Shown piece by piece: positions 45,759 to 55,816 of a stretch of DNA of 64,000 nucleotides. The stretch lies in assembly GCA_030538055.1 (NCBI GenBank), contig JAUNUS010000004.1, forward strand, positions 25,524 to 89,523, given 5' to 3'. Each line of letters opens with the position of its first letter. Positions within the stretch are counted from its first letter, which is position 1. Under the pieces are notes generated by a model, which saw only the letters and a program-made list of their open reading frames with translations, was not told the origin of the DNA and did not search any database. This DNA is from Neisseria sp. (GTDB taxonomy: Bacteria; Pseudomonadota; Gammaproteobacteria; Burkholderiales; Neisseriaceae). A program made the position numbers and the translations under genes.

Positions 45759-46997
45759 ATGAACGAACCTCAAATCACCGACTATGCGGAAGTCAGCGGC
45801 GCGTCCGCTCAAGCACCGCATTTGCGTTATTTGCGTGCCGATGCCGCCGCGCTGAAAATCCCGCGCTTGGGCAAAGCTTATGAAACCATGTTCAAGCTGA
45901 TGGAATATGCTGCCGAACATAACGCCTCCGATATTTTTATCGCGCCCGATTTTCCGCCTGCGGTCAAAATCAACGGCAAAATCACCCCTTTGTCCGACAA
46001 GCCTTATGCGCCCGCCACCACGCGCGACTTGGTGTACTCCACCATGAACGAAAAGCAAATCCGCGAATTTGAAAGCGAGTGGGAGCTGAACTACGCGCAC
46101 CGTGCCACCGACGAGGTGCGTTTCCGTGTCAATGCTTACCACGAGCAAGGACGCGTCGGCATGGTGATGCGGAAAATCAACACCGAAATCGCCACCTTGG
46201 ACGATCTCAAGCTGCCTGAAGTCTTGAAAAGACTGGCGATGGCGCATCGCGGCTTGATTATTGTGGTGGGCGCGACCGGTTCGGGTAAATCGACATCGCT
46301 GGCGGCGATGGTCGATTACCGCAACAAACGCGCCGCCGGACATATTGTCACGATTGAAGACCCGATCGAGTTTGTGCACCGCCACCACAAAAGCATCATT
46401 ACCCAACGCGAAATCGGCATCGACACCGAAAGCTGGCACGTCGCCCTGAAAAGTGCGATGCGGCAAGCGCCGGACGTGGTGATCGTGGGCGAAGTGCGCG
46501 ACGAGGACAGCATGAGCCATGCTTTGCAATTGTCGCAGACCGGTCACTTGTGTATGTGTACCTTGCACGCGACCAACGCCAACCAAGCGATCGAGCGCGT
46601 GATCAACTTCTACAACGAAGACCGTCACCCGCAAATCTTTATGGACTTGGCGATGAACTTGGTCGCGATCGTGTCGCAACGCTTGGTGGTCAAAGCCGAC
46701 GGCAGCGGCCGTACCGTGGCGATGGACATCATGCTCAACACCCCTGCGGTGCAGGATTTGATTTTCAAAGGCGACATCGACGGCATCAAGGAAATCATGA
46801 CCCGCTCCGAAGATGACGGCATGCAAACCTTTGACCAGCACTTATTCGAGTTGTACAAAGAAGGCGTCATCGACTTTGACGAAGCGATGCGTAACGCCGA
46901 CTCCGCCAACAACCTGCGCTTGGCGATTAAATTGTACGAAGAAGGCTTATCGCCGGACGAGCGCAATAAACGCGTGCAGCATTTGGATTTGATGTAA
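45759..46997 (+). CDS. pilU: PilT-family ATPase PilU
   Basis: GATGSGKST and GHLCMCTLHATNA. It lies immediately downstream of pilT. ATG at 45759 (track start 45753 is TTG). Confidence 0.9.
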   Translation: MNEPQITDYAEVSGASAQAPHLRYLRADAAALKIPRLGKAYETMFKLMEYAAEHNASDIFIAPDFPPAVKINGKITPLSDKPYAPATTRDLVYSTMNEKQIREFESEWELNYAHRATDEVRFRVNAYHEQGRVGMVMRKINTEIATLDDLKLPEVLKRLAMAHRGLIIVVGATGSGKSTSLAAMVDYRNKRAAGHIVTIEDPIEFVHRHHKSIITQREIGIDTESWHVALKSAMRQAPDVVIVGEVRDEDSMSHALQLSQTGHLCMCTLHATNANQAIERVINFYNEDRHPQIFMDLAMNLVAIVSQRLVVKADGSGRTVAMDIMLNTPAVQDLIFKGDIDGIKEIMTRSEDDGMQTFDQHLFELYKEGVIDFDEAMRNADSANNLRLAIKLYEEGLSPDERNKRVQHLDLM

Positions 46998-47013
46998 TTC
47001 CTGTCTGTAAAAA

Positions 47014-47041
47014 AGGCTGCCTGAAACCTTTCAGGCAGCCT
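47014..47041. terminator. inverted DUS pair forming a bidirectional terminator
   Basis: AAAAAGGCTGCCTGAAAcctTTCAGGCAGCCTTTTTT between convergent pilU and amiC. Confidence 0.8.
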
Positions 47042-47073
47042 TTTTTGTTTTGATGCGGACAGGACTTACTCAA

Positions 47074-48462
47074 TCACCGCCGTGCCAATGCCGCACCTTG
47101 TTTGAAATACGCATGGATACCGTTGGCAATCGCTTGCGCCGCTTTGACGCGAAAAGAGGTCGAGGCGAGCAGTTTTTCTTCTTGCGGATTCGACAGAAAA
47201 GCCGTCTCGACCAAAATCGACGGCACGTCCGGCGCTTTGAGCACGGCAAAGGCTGCCTGATCGACATGACCTTTATGCAGCTTATTGATTTTCCCCAGCT
47301 GTGCGAGGACGAGTTTGCCCAGTTTCAGGCTGTCGTTGATGGTGGCGGTTTGGGTGAGGTCAAACAATGTATTGTCGATCATCGGGTCGCCTACGCTGCG
47401 CACGCCGCCGATGGCATCGGCTTCGTTCTGGGTTTTTGCCAGATAGCGGGCGGCGGTGCTGGTCGCGCCTTTGCGGCTTAACGCATACACGCCCGTACCG
47501 CGTGCCGCCGGACTGGTGAAGGCATCGGCGTGAATCGAAACAAAAACGTCCGCCTTGAGTGCGCGCGCTTTGGCCACCCGTACGCGCAAGGGAATAAACA
47601 CGTCTTCGTTGCGCGTCATGTAAACCTTATAACCTAAACGTTCCAACTGCTTTTTGCACTCACGCCCGATCGCCAATACCACGTTTTTTTCATACAATCC
47701 CGACGGGCCGACCGCACCGGGGTCTTCACCGCCATGCCCCGGATCCAGCACCACAATGATCTGGCGTTTGCCTGCCGGTTTTACAGACGGCGGCGGGGTG
47801 ACGGGTTTGCCGGGCGGCTGCGTTGGGGGTGTCGGGTCTTTTTTCTGCGCGGCGAGAATACTGTCGATTTTCTGCCCGAGAATGTCCTCTTCCTCCGCAG
47901 ACGGCGTGACGCTGACGCGATTGTCCGGAATGGTGGTGCGCGCCACCACCGTGGTTGAACCGTCACTGCGGATTTCGCCACGGCTGTAGTCTTGCAGCAA
48001 CGCCATTAAAGGGTCTTGTTCGGTACCGGTGACAGCAGGATAAAGGTCAATCACCAGTCGGTTTTTGAAATCCGCCACCGGACTTAAAGTGAACACCTGC
48101 GGATCAATCAAGGCTTTGAGGTCAAACACCACGCGAATCACATTGGCACTGTGTTGTGCCACGCGCACACGGGCGATGTAAGGGTCGCGTTCCAGAATTT
48201 TGGAGGATAAGGTCTGCAAAACGCCGTTTAATTCCGCACCGCTGATGTCCACCACCAAGCGGTCGGTGTTTTGCAAAGTGAAATGGGTGTATTGCAGCGG
48301 CAGGGTAGATTCCAGCGTGACGCGGGTATAGGCGGCGGCCGGCCACACCCGTACCGCGACGAATTGCGACAAAGCTTGCGCGGCGCGCATGGCGGGTGAC
48401 ACCGCCAGCAACAAAGTGCCGCCTGCCGCATTCAGAATTTGTCGTCTGGTGAATTTTGCCAT
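47074..48462 (-). CDS. amiC: N-acetylmuramoyl-L-alanine amidase with Tat signal and AMIN domain
   Basis: Tat motif TRRQILNAAGG...AMRAAQA, an AMIN-like N-domain, a Pro-rich linker and a catalytic domain (LDPGHGGEDPGAVG, SIHADA). I placed the start at MAKFTRRQ (48462). Confidence 0.9.
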   Translation of the reverse strand: MAKFTRRQILNAAGGTLLLAVSPAMRAAQALSQFVAVRVWPAAAYTRVTLESTLPLQYTHFTLQNTDRLVVDISGAELNGVLQTLSSKILERDPYIARVRVAQHSANVIRVVFDLKALIDPQVFTLSPVADFKNRLVIDLYPAVTGTEQDPLMALLQDYSRGEIRSDGSTTVVARTTIPDNRVSVTPSAEEEDILGQKIDSILAAQKKDPTPPTQPPGKPVTPPPSVKPAGKRQIIVVLDPGHGGEDPGAVGPSGLYEKNVVLAIGRECKKQLERLGYKVYMTRNEDVFIPLRVRVAKARALKADVFVSIHADAFTSPAARGTGVYALSRKGATSTAARYLAKTQNEADAIGGVRSVGDPMIDNTLFDLTQTATINDSLKLGKLVLAQLGKINKLHKGHVDQAAFAVLKAPDVPSILVETAFLSNPQEEKLLASTSFRVKAAQAIANGIHAYFKQGAALARR

Positions 48463-48938
48463 GCTGTGAACATTTCCTGACCTGTCGCCGTATGGGGCGT
48501 TATTGTACACATTCTGCCTTCGTTCTGCACCGCAAAGGCAAAGCTGATATCGGCAGGCGGCACAAAGCCTTCCGCACATTGCGCCCACTCGATCAACGCC
48601 AAAACCGGCGCGTGCATTTCATCGTCAAAACCGGCCTCTTCCCATTCCTGCGGCTCATGAAAACGGTACAGATCAAAGTGCAACACGCGCGCTGCCGGTA
48701 AATGATAAGTCTCCAAGAGATTATAGGTCGGGCTTTTGACATTGCCCGTAAAACCCATCGCCCGTAAAAAGCCGCGCACAAACGTGGTTTTGCCGCTGCC
48801 CAAATCACCATGCAGATACACCGTCACCGCTTGCGTAGCGTGCGCCGCAGCAGCGTACAGGCTGCCTGAACAACGCGTCGCCAAAGCCGCCGTGGCGGTT
48901 TCATCGGGTAAAAATACAGTCATGGTTTCAGGCAGCAT
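48432..48938 (-). CDS. tsaE: tRNA t6A biosynthesis ATPase TsaE
   Basis: GDLGSGKTTFVRG P-loop and HFDLYR. The ATG at 48938 abuts the rsmD stop. The 3' end overlaps the amiC start by 31 nt. Confidence 0.9.
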   Translation of the reverse strand: MLPETMTVFLPDETATAALATRCSGSLYAAAAHATQAVTVYLHGDLGSGKTTFVRGFLRAMGFTGNVKSPTYNLLETYHLPAARVLHFDLYRFHEPQEWEEAGFDDEMHAPVLALIEWAQCAEGFVPPADISFAFAVQNEGRMCTITPHTATGQEMFTAWQNSPDDKF

Positions 48939-49516
48939 CAATCTTTCCGTTCGCTTTCATCAGCGGCGGCATAACGCGCCAACACAAAATAGCTCATGCC
49001 GCTGCGGCCGCGTTTGCGCTCCTGCAAAGCCGCAGGCAGGACAACTTCGGCGGCGGCTTCGGCGTACACTTCCGCGTGCGGATTCAGGCGCGGCAGCAGT
49101 GCCGTCCATAACGCCTCCCAATCCTGCCACGCATACGGCGGATCCAGCAGCACCACATCAAACATTTCCTGCGTCTGTTTCAAATACTGCAGCGCATCAC
49201 CGCGATGAAGAGTAATTTCAGGCAGCCTTAACAGCTCGAGATTCGCCGCAATTTCGGCACAAGTGCGCGGATTAGCCTCCACCAACACCGTGCGCGCCGC
49301 GCCGCGTGACGCCGCCTCGCAACCCAACACCGCACTGCCGGCAAACAGATCCAGCACGCTTTTGCCGTGCAAGGTTTGCCCGAGCCAGTTGAAAAGTTTT
49401 TCGCGCACCGCGTCCGCGCTTGGGCGCAGACCGTCGGCATCGCGAAAACGCAATAAACGCGAACGGTGCGTGCCGCCGATGATGCGGACTTGATTTTTAT
49501 GTTTAGCGTGACGCAT
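48938..49516 (-). CDS. rsmD: 16S rRNA (guanine966-N2)-methyltransferase
   Basis: VRIIGGTHRSRLL, RPSADAVREKLFNWL, DLFAGSAVLG and LDPPY. Confidence 0.9.
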   Translation of the reverse strand: MRHAKHKNQVRIIGGTHRSRLLRFRDADGLRPSADAVREKLFNWLGQTLHGKSVLDLFAGSAVLGCEAASRGAARTVLVEANPRTCAEIAANLELLRLPEITLHRGDALQYLKQTQEMFDVVLLDPPYAWQDWEALWTALLPRLNPHAEVYAEAAAEVVLPAALQERKRGRSGMSYFVLARYAAADESERKD

Positions 49517-49536
49517 GGTTTAAATAAAGGATAATT

Positions 49537-50937
49537 TTAACGCAACAATACTTTCATCATCAGTTGGAACAGCTTGCCGTAAGGCGGCGCGAGCAAGCCC
49601 GTGCCGTTGAGTTTCGACTGGATAAACACGCTCTTATAATGGGTGAAGGTGTCAAAACCCGCCTTGCCGTGGTACGCGCCCATGCCTGATGCGCCGATGC
49701 CGCCGAACGGTAAATTTTCCTGCGCCACATGGTAGATGGTTTCGTTCAGTGACGCGCCGCCGCTGACGGTGTTGTGCAGCAAATCGTCCAGTCGCTTGGC
49801 ATCGCTGCTGAAACCGTACAACGCCAACGGACGTTCGCGCTCACGGATAAAGGCCAGTGCTTCCGCCTCGTCGCGATACGTCACCACGGGCAAAATCGGC
49901 CCGAAAATCTCTTCATTGAGTAACTTCGCCTGTGCAGGCAGCCCGGTGACCAGAGTCGGCGGTAAAAAACGGCCGGCCGCGTCGGCAACGTCGTCGCCTA
50001 AGGAAATAATGCTTGCGCCCAGCTCTGCCGCCTCATCCAGCCATGCACGCAAGCGTGCATATTGGCGTTCGTTGATGATGCGGGTGAAGTCCGCCCCGCT
50101 GCGCAATTGCGGATAATGCTTTTGCACCCATGCGCGTGCGTGCTCGATAAATTCAGGCAAATGCGCTTGCGGCAATAAAGCATAATCAGGCGCAATGCAG
50201 GTTTGGCCAGCATTGAGCAATTTGCCTGCCATAATGCGTGCGGCGGTTTGTGCCAAATCGGCATCGTCCAACACCACGCACGGCGATTTGCCGCCCAATT
50301 CCAAAGTCACAGGGGTCAGGTTCGCAGCAGCCGCCTGCATCACTTTGCGCCCGACCGCAGTCGATCCCGTGAACAGCAAATGGTCAAACGGCAAAGCGGC
50401 AAACGCCTCCGCCACTTCACGCTCGCCGCACACCACCGCCACTTCGTCGGCGGCAAAATAATCCGGCACGGTTTGTTGCAACCACGCGGCAAACGCAGGG
50501 GCGAATTCCGACATTTTGATCAAAGCACGATTGCCCGCGACCAAGGCCGCCAGCAACGGTCCCACAGTTAGGTACAAAGGATAATTCCACGGCGCAATAA
50601 TCCCGACCACGCCTTTGGCCTGCGGCACGATGCGGCTTTGCGCGGGGAAAAACCACAAGCCGCTGGGTACGCGACGCGGCTTCATCCACGACTCACCGTG
50701 ACGTAAAGCATGGCGCACGCCTTCCAGCGTCGGAAACACTTCCAGCAGCAAAGTCTCCGCGACGGCACGCTGCCCGAAATCCCGGCTGATGGTCTCGGCA
50801 ATCGTCCGACTGTGGGTTTTCACCATGTCCAGCAGGCGTTGCAAGCGGTCGCGCCGCACCGACCACGGCACATGCACTTCGTTGCGCGATGCGGCGTATT
50901 GCGCGTCAAATAACGCTTGTAATGATCTTTGATCCAT
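49537..50937 (-). CDS. aldehyde dehydrogenase (coniferyl-aldehyde dehydrogenase-like, ALDH3-type)
   Basis: ELGGKSP, catalytic Cys context GQTCIAPDY, and EEIFGPILPV. I placed the start at MDQRSLQ (50937). Confidence 0.85.
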   Translation of the reverse strand: MDQRSLQALFDAQYAASRNEVHVPWSVRRDRLQRLLDMVKTHSRTIAETISRDFGQRAVAETLLLEVFPTLEGVRHALRHGESWMKPRRVPSGLWFFPAQSRIVPQAKGVVGIIAPWNYPLYLTVGPLLAALVAGNRALIKMSEFAPAFAAWLQQTVPDYFAADEVAVVCGEREVAEAFAALPFDHLLFTGSTAVGRKVMQAAAANLTPVTLELGGKSPCVVLDDADLAQTAARIMAGKLLNAGQTCIAPDYALLPQAHLPEFIEHARAWVQKHYPQLRSGADFTRIINERQYARLRAWLDEAAELGASIISLGDDVADAAGRFLPPTLVTGLPAQAKLLNEEIFGPILPVVTYRDEAEALAFIRERERPLALYGFSSDAKRLDDLLHNTVSGGASLNETIYHVAQENLPFGGIGASGMGAYHGKAGFDTFTHYKSVFIQSKLNGTGLLAPPYGKLFQLMMKVLLR

Positions 50938-50990
50938 GTTTTTCTCCGATGTTGTGTCAAGGGTTTTCAGGCTGCCTGCAGATGGCAGCA

Positions 50991-51533
50991 TTATTCTTGC
51001 GCCGTACCGCAACGCATTGAAGCGACGGCGTTCAGAAAAATCTGCTCGGAATCGCCACGGTTAAACAACAACGCCCGTGCGCGCCGATCATCGCACCGAA
51101 ACGTCAGTGCCAGCACATCGCCTGCTGCGTGGTGCACACGCCATGCGGCGACATCGGCTTGCGTGGGCAATGACGGCGGCGCGCTTAACGCCTCCACCTG
51201 CGCCTCCTCGTTCACGCCTTGCAACAGCGCGGGCGTATTGTCCGCCAGATACTGCACGCTCTGCGCGTTATCGCTAAAAAGCTGGATGCGCAGCATGGCG
51301 TTTTCATTGTGCGCCGACCACACGATGTCATTGCCCGGCTCTTCCGCCAATAATTGATAACTTTCAGGCAGCCTTACACTGAACGCCTGCTGCTCGCTGC
51401 GGATGATTTTTTCTATCGGCGGCGCATCTTTGACGGGTTCGGACGCAGGCGGCTCCTGTCCGCCGTTCTCACGCGAACACGCCGCCAGCATCAGCAATAA
51501 CGTCGCCATGCACCAGATTAAGCCTTTTTTCAT
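50991..51533 (-). CDS. hypothetical lipoprotein
   Basis: MKKGLIWCMATLLLMLAAC lipobox after the internal ATG at 51533. No family recognised. The track extension runs into the repeat element. Confidence 0.55.
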   Translation of the reverse strand: MKKGLIWCMATLLLMLAACSRENGGQEPPASEPVKDAPPIEKIIRSEQQAFSVRLPESYQLLAEEPGNDIVWSAHNENAMLRIQLFSDNAQSVQYLADNTPALLQGVNEEAQVEALSAPPSLPTQADVAAWRVHHAAGDVLALTFRCDDRRARALLFNRGDSEQIFLNAVASMRCGTAQE

Positions 51534-51545
51534 GGGTAAAATCCT

Positions 51546-51890
51546 TTCAGGCAGCCTGTATTGCTTACAGAAGCTGTTTGCTTTGTGCTTCATTGCCGCA
51601 CAGGCAACTTACTTTCTTTGCTTCGTCAAAGAAAGTAAGCAAAGAAAGACGACCCCACGGCGCAGGTTTTGGCTGCGCCAAAACTTCCCGTTAAAAAAGC
51701 CGTTTGTGCGGCGGGCTTGAACTCGCATTTGCTTAGCAAATGCTCAAACAGGCAAGCCCTTTTCTCCGCAAAAACGCCTTTTTTAACGGCTGCTTCAAGG
51801 GGATTGGGCGGATGAAATAAAGGTTTCTTTCGGTTGTTACGTTTTGGACTTGAACGACGTTGAGCATACTCAACAAAAACGCGCACAAAC
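51546..51890 (-). repeat. ~350-bp multi-hairpin intergenic repeat, copy B (inverted; boundaries approximate)
   Basis: The reverse complement aligns with copies A and C. It begins with an exact DUS (TTCAGGCAGCCT) and contains the GCAAAGAAAGTAAG hairpin and the long CCGTTAAAAAAG.../...CTTTTTTAACGG inverted repeat. Confidence 0.7.
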
Positions 51891-51936
51891 ACCATCCGAA
51901 ACTGCATCCTCATTATCCCCTTTTGCCAAGGCAGCC

Positions 51937-52455
51937 TCAAACAAACCGGCCGCCTTTGACTTTCCTCACGCCCAATCCGCGTGCCAAAGCATGATTGCGC
52001 AGATAATGGGTCAATGCCACCGCCAAAGCATCCGCGGCATCTGCCTGCGGTGCGGCGGAAAGTTGCAACATCTGCATCACCATATGCTGCACCTGCTCTT
52101 TCGCCGCCTTGCCCTGCCCGACCACGGCTTGTTTGACCTGCAAAGCGGTGTATTCGAACACCGGCAATTGCTGCAAAGTCAGCGCCGCCACCGCCGCGCC
52201 GCGTGCCTGACCGAGCATCAGCGTGGAAGCAGGATTAACATTGACAAACACCTCTTCCACCGCCGCCACCGTCGGGCGATAAGCGGCAATTACCTCGCCC
52301 AAATCGCGCACAATCACCGCAATGCGCTCGGGCAAAGCGGATTGCGGCGTGGTTTTGATGCAGCCTGACGCCACATAATGCACGCTCTTTCCCGTCACGT
52401 CCACCACGCCGAAACCGGTGATGCGGCTGCCCGGGTCAATGCCGATGATTCTCAT
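51937..52455 (-). CDS. ruvC: crossover junction endodeoxyribonuclease RuvC
   Basis: [20 protein letters not shown]... An alternative start is MDM at 52461. The rest of the track extension to 52608 is MITE sequence. Confidence 0.9.
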   Translation of the reverse strand: MRIIGIDPGSRITGFGVVDVTGKSVHYVASGCIKTTPQSALPERIAVIVRDLGEVIAAYRPTVAAVEEVFVNVNPASTLMLGQARGAAVAALTLQQLPVFEYTALQVKQAVVGQGKAAKEQVQHMVMQMLQLSAAPQADAADALAVALTHYLRNHALARGLGVRKVKGGRFV

Positions 52456-52492
52456 GTCCATATTGTTTTTCATTGGGTTGGTTATTCCACTT

Positions 52493-52657
52493 TTCAGGCT
52501 GATACCTTTGCAAAAATCTGTCATGTGGATGCAGTTCGAAGGAATAGCACCACAGAAAGCGAAGACATATCTTATAGATAGGCTATGCTTTCGAGGAGCG
52601 CATTCCAAAGAAATGCGCCGCAGGACGGATTTTTGCCAAAGTCTCAGGCTGCCTGAA
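52493..52657 (+). mobile_element. ~165-bp MITE-like element, copy 2
   Basis: Same orientation as copy 1. The right end is TTTTTGCCAAAGTCTCAGGCTGCCTGAA (exact DUS) and the left DUS is degenerate. It fills the gap between the lipoprotein stop (52664) and the ruvC start. Confidence 0.7.
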
Positions 52658-52663
52658 AATACT

Positions 52664-53470
52664 TTACGGCAACTGCGCCGCCGCGGTCTGTTCGGGCACG
52701 ATGCGGCAGTGCTTGTTCCACAACGACACCGAGCAGCTTAAATGCCCGATGTATTGCAAGGGCACCGCCGGCACCATGGACGGGATATCGCCCTCGCGCA
52801 TATGCAGCAAATCCCCCGGACTGATCCACTCCGGCGGCACGGCGGTCAGCGGTTTGCCCGCATGATTAAACGCCGCCACCACAAACTGCGAGCAAAAATA
52901 CTTTTCACCCGAAAACGGCGTGATCGTGATCAACGCCGCCGAATTCAGGCATAAATGACGAAAGCCGCGCGGGATGACCGGCAGCTCGCACACTTTGCGC
53001 ACCGCAGAATACGGCGCTTGCTTGACGATGCCGAACAGATTGTATTTTTCACCTGCTTGTTCCCGCGCAAACGCCTGAATCGCGGCAATATCTTGCGCGT
53101 TCAAATCGGGGCGGCGATACGCCGCGATAAGGCTGTTCTCTTGCAATGCGTCTTGCAAGGAAATAATCCGCACGCCGCTGCCGACTGCTTCCGCCACTTC
53201 ACCCTCACCCAGATAAATCGACGCATGGCTGACCGAAGTATGGGTAAACAAGCGAATCGCCAAGGAGTTAAAGCCGCCGTCATCCGCCGAAAACAGCATA
53301 TCGCCCGCGGTCAAATCTTGCTCGGTCACGGGGCGGATGCCGTTTTTGTCACCGGTGGCATTGCGCTGAATCTTAAGCTTCATGCCCAACGCGGCATCGC
53401 GGTCGCTTTTCCATTGCGCGGCGCAGCCGTTGAGCAACAATGCCAGTAGTACATAAACCATGATTCTCAT
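52664..53470 (-). CDS. lipoprotein, permuted papain-like (YiiX/YaeF-type NlpC/P60-related) amidase family
   Basis: Lipobox LLLNGC. The His-containing segment ([11 protein letters not shown]) precedes the Cys-containing segment ([12 protein letters not shown]), which is the permuted order typical of the YiiX family. Assigned by eye. Confidence 0.6.
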   Translation of the reverse strand: MRIMVYVLLALLLNGCAAQWKSDRDAALGMKLKIQRNATGDKNGIRPVTEQDLTAGDMLFSADDGGFNSLAIRLFTHTSVSHASIYLGEGEVAEAVGSGVRIISLQDALQENSLIAAYRRPDLNAQDIAAIQAFAREQAGEKYNLFGIVKQAPYSAVRKVCELPVIPRGFRHLCLNSAALITITPFSGEKYFCSQFVVAAFNHAGKPLTAVPPEWISPGDLLHMREGDIPSMVPAVPLQYIGHLSCSVSLWNKHCRIVPEQTAAAQLP

Positions 53471-53480
53471 AAAATAACCT

Positions 53481-53646
53481 TTCAGGCAGCCTGAAACCTT
53501 TGCAAAAACCTCTCCTGCGGCGCATTTCTTTGAGATGCGCTCCTCGAAATCTTGCCTAGCTTACGCTATGTCTGCATTTTCTGCGGTGCTGTCTCTTTGA
53601 ACTGCATCCACATTAGAGGCTTTTGCAACGGTTTCAGCCTGCTGGG
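53481..53646 (-). mobile_element. ~165-bp MITE-like element, copy 3 (inverted relative to copies 1 and 2)
   Basis: The left end is TTCAGGCAGCCTGAAACCTTTGCAAAAA (exact DUS). The interior is the reverse complement of copy 2. It overlaps the last 27 codons and the stop of scpA. Confidence 0.7.
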
Positions 53647-54412
53647 GCAGCATCACATAAATCGGCGCAAACGCCGCCTCTTGCATCACTTGCGCCAAAC
53701 CTTCTTTCATCAATTCCAACACGGCGATAAACGTCACCACCGCCAACGCCGCGCCGTGTTGCGGCGTGAACAGGCGTTCAAAGCGGGTGCTGCCGTGACT
53801 TTGCAAATGCCGCAAAATTTCGCTCATTTGCGCCCGCACCGATAAAGCTTCCTGTTGCACCGTGTGCTGCTGAAAATTGCGCGCGCGATGCAGAATATGC
53901 AACCATGCCTGTTGCAAGTCGGTGATGCTGACGGCGGGCGGCTGGGTTAAAGTCACGCGTGCCTGCGGCAGTTGCACCCATAAAAAATCGCGCCCTGCTT
54001 GCGGCATTGCGTCCAGCTTCATCGCCGCGTATTTCATTTTTTCGTATTCCAGCAAACGCCGCGCCAATTCGGCTCGCGGGTCTTGCTCTTCGTCTTCGCT
54101 GTCGGGCATACGCGGCAGCAACAGCCGCGATTTGATTTCAATCAACACCGACGCCATCAGCAGATACTCCGCCGCCAAATCCATTTGCCCGCGCTCCATT
54201 TGTTCAATATAAGCAAGGTATTGCGCGGTGATTTGCGTCATCGGAATATCGAGAATGTCCAGATTTTGCTTGCGAATCAAATACAGCAATAAATCCAACG
54301 GTCCTTCAAAATGCTGCAAAATCACGGTCAGCGCATCGGGCGGGATAAACAAATCACGCGGAATATCGGTCACATTTTGCCCGAACAGCGTCGCCACCAC
54401 GGTTTCGCTCAT
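53561..54412 (-). CDS. scpA: segregation and condensation protein A
   Basis: FEGPLDLLLYLIRKQNLDILDIPMTQITAQYLAYI. I placed the start at MSETVVA (54412), overlapping the tcdA stop (ATGA). The 3' end is encoded by MITE copy 3. Confidence 0.85.
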   Translation of the reverse strand: MSETVVATLFGQNVTDIPRDLFIPPDALTVILQHFEGPLDLLLYLIRKQNLDILDIPMTQITAQYLAYIEQMERGQMDLAAEYLLMASVLIEIKSRLLLPRMPDSEDEEQDPRAELARRLLEYEKMKYAAMKLDAMPQAGRDFLWVQLPQARVTLTQPPAVSITDLQQAWLHILHRARNFQQHTVQQEALSVRAQMSEILRHLQSHGSTRFERLFTPQHGAALAVVTFIAVLELMKEGLAQVMQEAAFAPIYVMLPQQAETVAKASNVDAVQRDSTAENADIA

Positions 54413-55176
54413 GCCGCACTCCGTGCAAGGTGTTCCAACGCGGCATTCGCCAAATACAGCCCGAAAATCGCGGTCACGGTCATCACCGCGCCGTAACCTG
54501 CACACGACAAACCTTGCGGCGCGGCATCGCAGGCGGCATCGTTTTGCGGCGGCAGCACGGTTTCGCTTGAAAACACGCACGGCACGCGCATTTTGTCGCT
54601 GCGCGAAAAACCATACTGCTTACGCAGCAAATAACGCATATTGGCCAAAAGCTTATCGTGGGTGACATCACGCAAATCGGCGTAGCGGATTTTTTCAGGC
54701 AGCCTTTGTCCGCCCGCACCGCCCGAAACCGCAAACGGCACCCGATGACGCACACAATAATCCGCCAATAACGCCTTCACCCGCACTTGGTCAATCGCAT
54801 CAATCACAAAATCAAAAGGCTGCCTGAAACATTCCGCCAGATTATCCGCGCTTAAAAAATCTTCGATTTCCGTCACGGCGCATTGCGGTTGGATTTCCGC
54901 GATGCGCTCGCGCATGGCTTGGGTTTTGGGTTTGCCGACGTTGGCGGTGAGCGCGTGCAACTGGCGATTGACATTGGATTCGGCGACGTTGTCCAAGTCG
55001 ATTAAAGTCAAACGGCCGATGCCGCTGCGCGCCAAGGCTTCCACCGCCCACGAACCGACACCGCCCAAGCCGACCACGCACACATGCGCTGCCTGAAAAC
55101 GGTGCAAAACCGCCGTGCCGTAGAGCCGTTCGATGCCGCCTAAACGTCTTTCTGAAGAAAATGTCGAAAAAAGCAT
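54409..55176 (-). CDS. tcdA: tRNA threonylcarbamoyladenosine dehydratase (ThiF-family, TcdA/CsdL)
   Basis: RLYG...VCVVGLGGVGSWAVEALARSGIGRLTLIDLDNVAESNVNRQ. Confidence 0.85.
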   Translation of the reverse strand: MLFSTFSSERRLGGIERLYGTAVLHRFQAAHVCVVGLGGVGSWAVEALARSGIGRLTLIDLDNVAESNVNRQLHALTANVGKPKTQAMRERIAEIQPQCAVTEIEDFLSADNLAECFRQPFDFVIDAIDQVRVKALLADYCVRHRVPFAVSGGAGGQRLPEKIRYADLRDVTHDKLLANMRYLLRKQYGFSRSDKMRVPCVFSSETVLPPQNDAACDAAPQGLSCAGYGAVMTVTAIFGLYLANAALEHLARSAA

Positions 55177-55336
55177 GAGCTAGGTCAAGAAATATGCAAA
55201 TGAGGCTTGGAAAATTCAACAGAATTATTATACTGCATGCCAAGGCAACTGAAACCCGTTTCGGTTTCGCTGCATCGCGTCACCTCGCACCGGCGAGCAT
55301 GACGCACGGCAACACTTTATCAACATGGAGAACATT

Positions 55337-55816
55337 ATGCTCTACAAACACCTCGTGGTAGCGGTTGATGGCAGCCGTACTTCTTTGCTGGCACTGGATC
55401 ACGCTTCCAAACTGGCGGCCTTGTCGGAAGCCGCCATGACCTTGGTCAATATCGCCAACCCTTCCGAATACATGGCACTCGCACCTGAATTTTTACAACA
55501 CGAAAGCTACGAATCCGCTGCCATGGCACAAGGCAATGAAGTGCTGGACTACGCCGAAAAAGTCGCGCGTGAAGCCGGCGTCACCGAAATCCACCGCCAC
55601 TTGGCCGTGTCCACCAAAGGCGCGCGCGACATGGCGCAGCAACTGGTCGATTTCGCCGAAGCACAGCAAGCGGACTTGCTGGTGTTGGGCACGCACGGTC
55701 GCACCGGTTTGATGCACCTGCTGATGGGCAGCTTCGCCGAAACCGTGATGCGCCAAAGCACCCTGCCACTGTTGATTTTACGTGCCGTCAGCACCGACGA
55801 CACCGAAGAAGAATAA
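55337..55816 (+). CDS. universal stress protein (UspA family)
   Basis: MLYKHLVVAVDGS...LLVLGTHGRTGL...GSFAETVMRQSTLPLLIL. The ATG at 55337 has GGAGA upstream. The track start is 55325. Confidence 0.85.
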   Translation: MLYKHLVVAVDGSRTSLLALDHASKLAALSEAAMTLVNIANPSEYMALAPEFLQHESYESAAMAQGNEVLDYAEKVAREAGVTEIHRHLAVSTKGARDMAQQLVDFAEAQQADLLVLGTHGRTGLMHLLMGSFAETVMRQSTLPLLILRAVSTDDTEEE

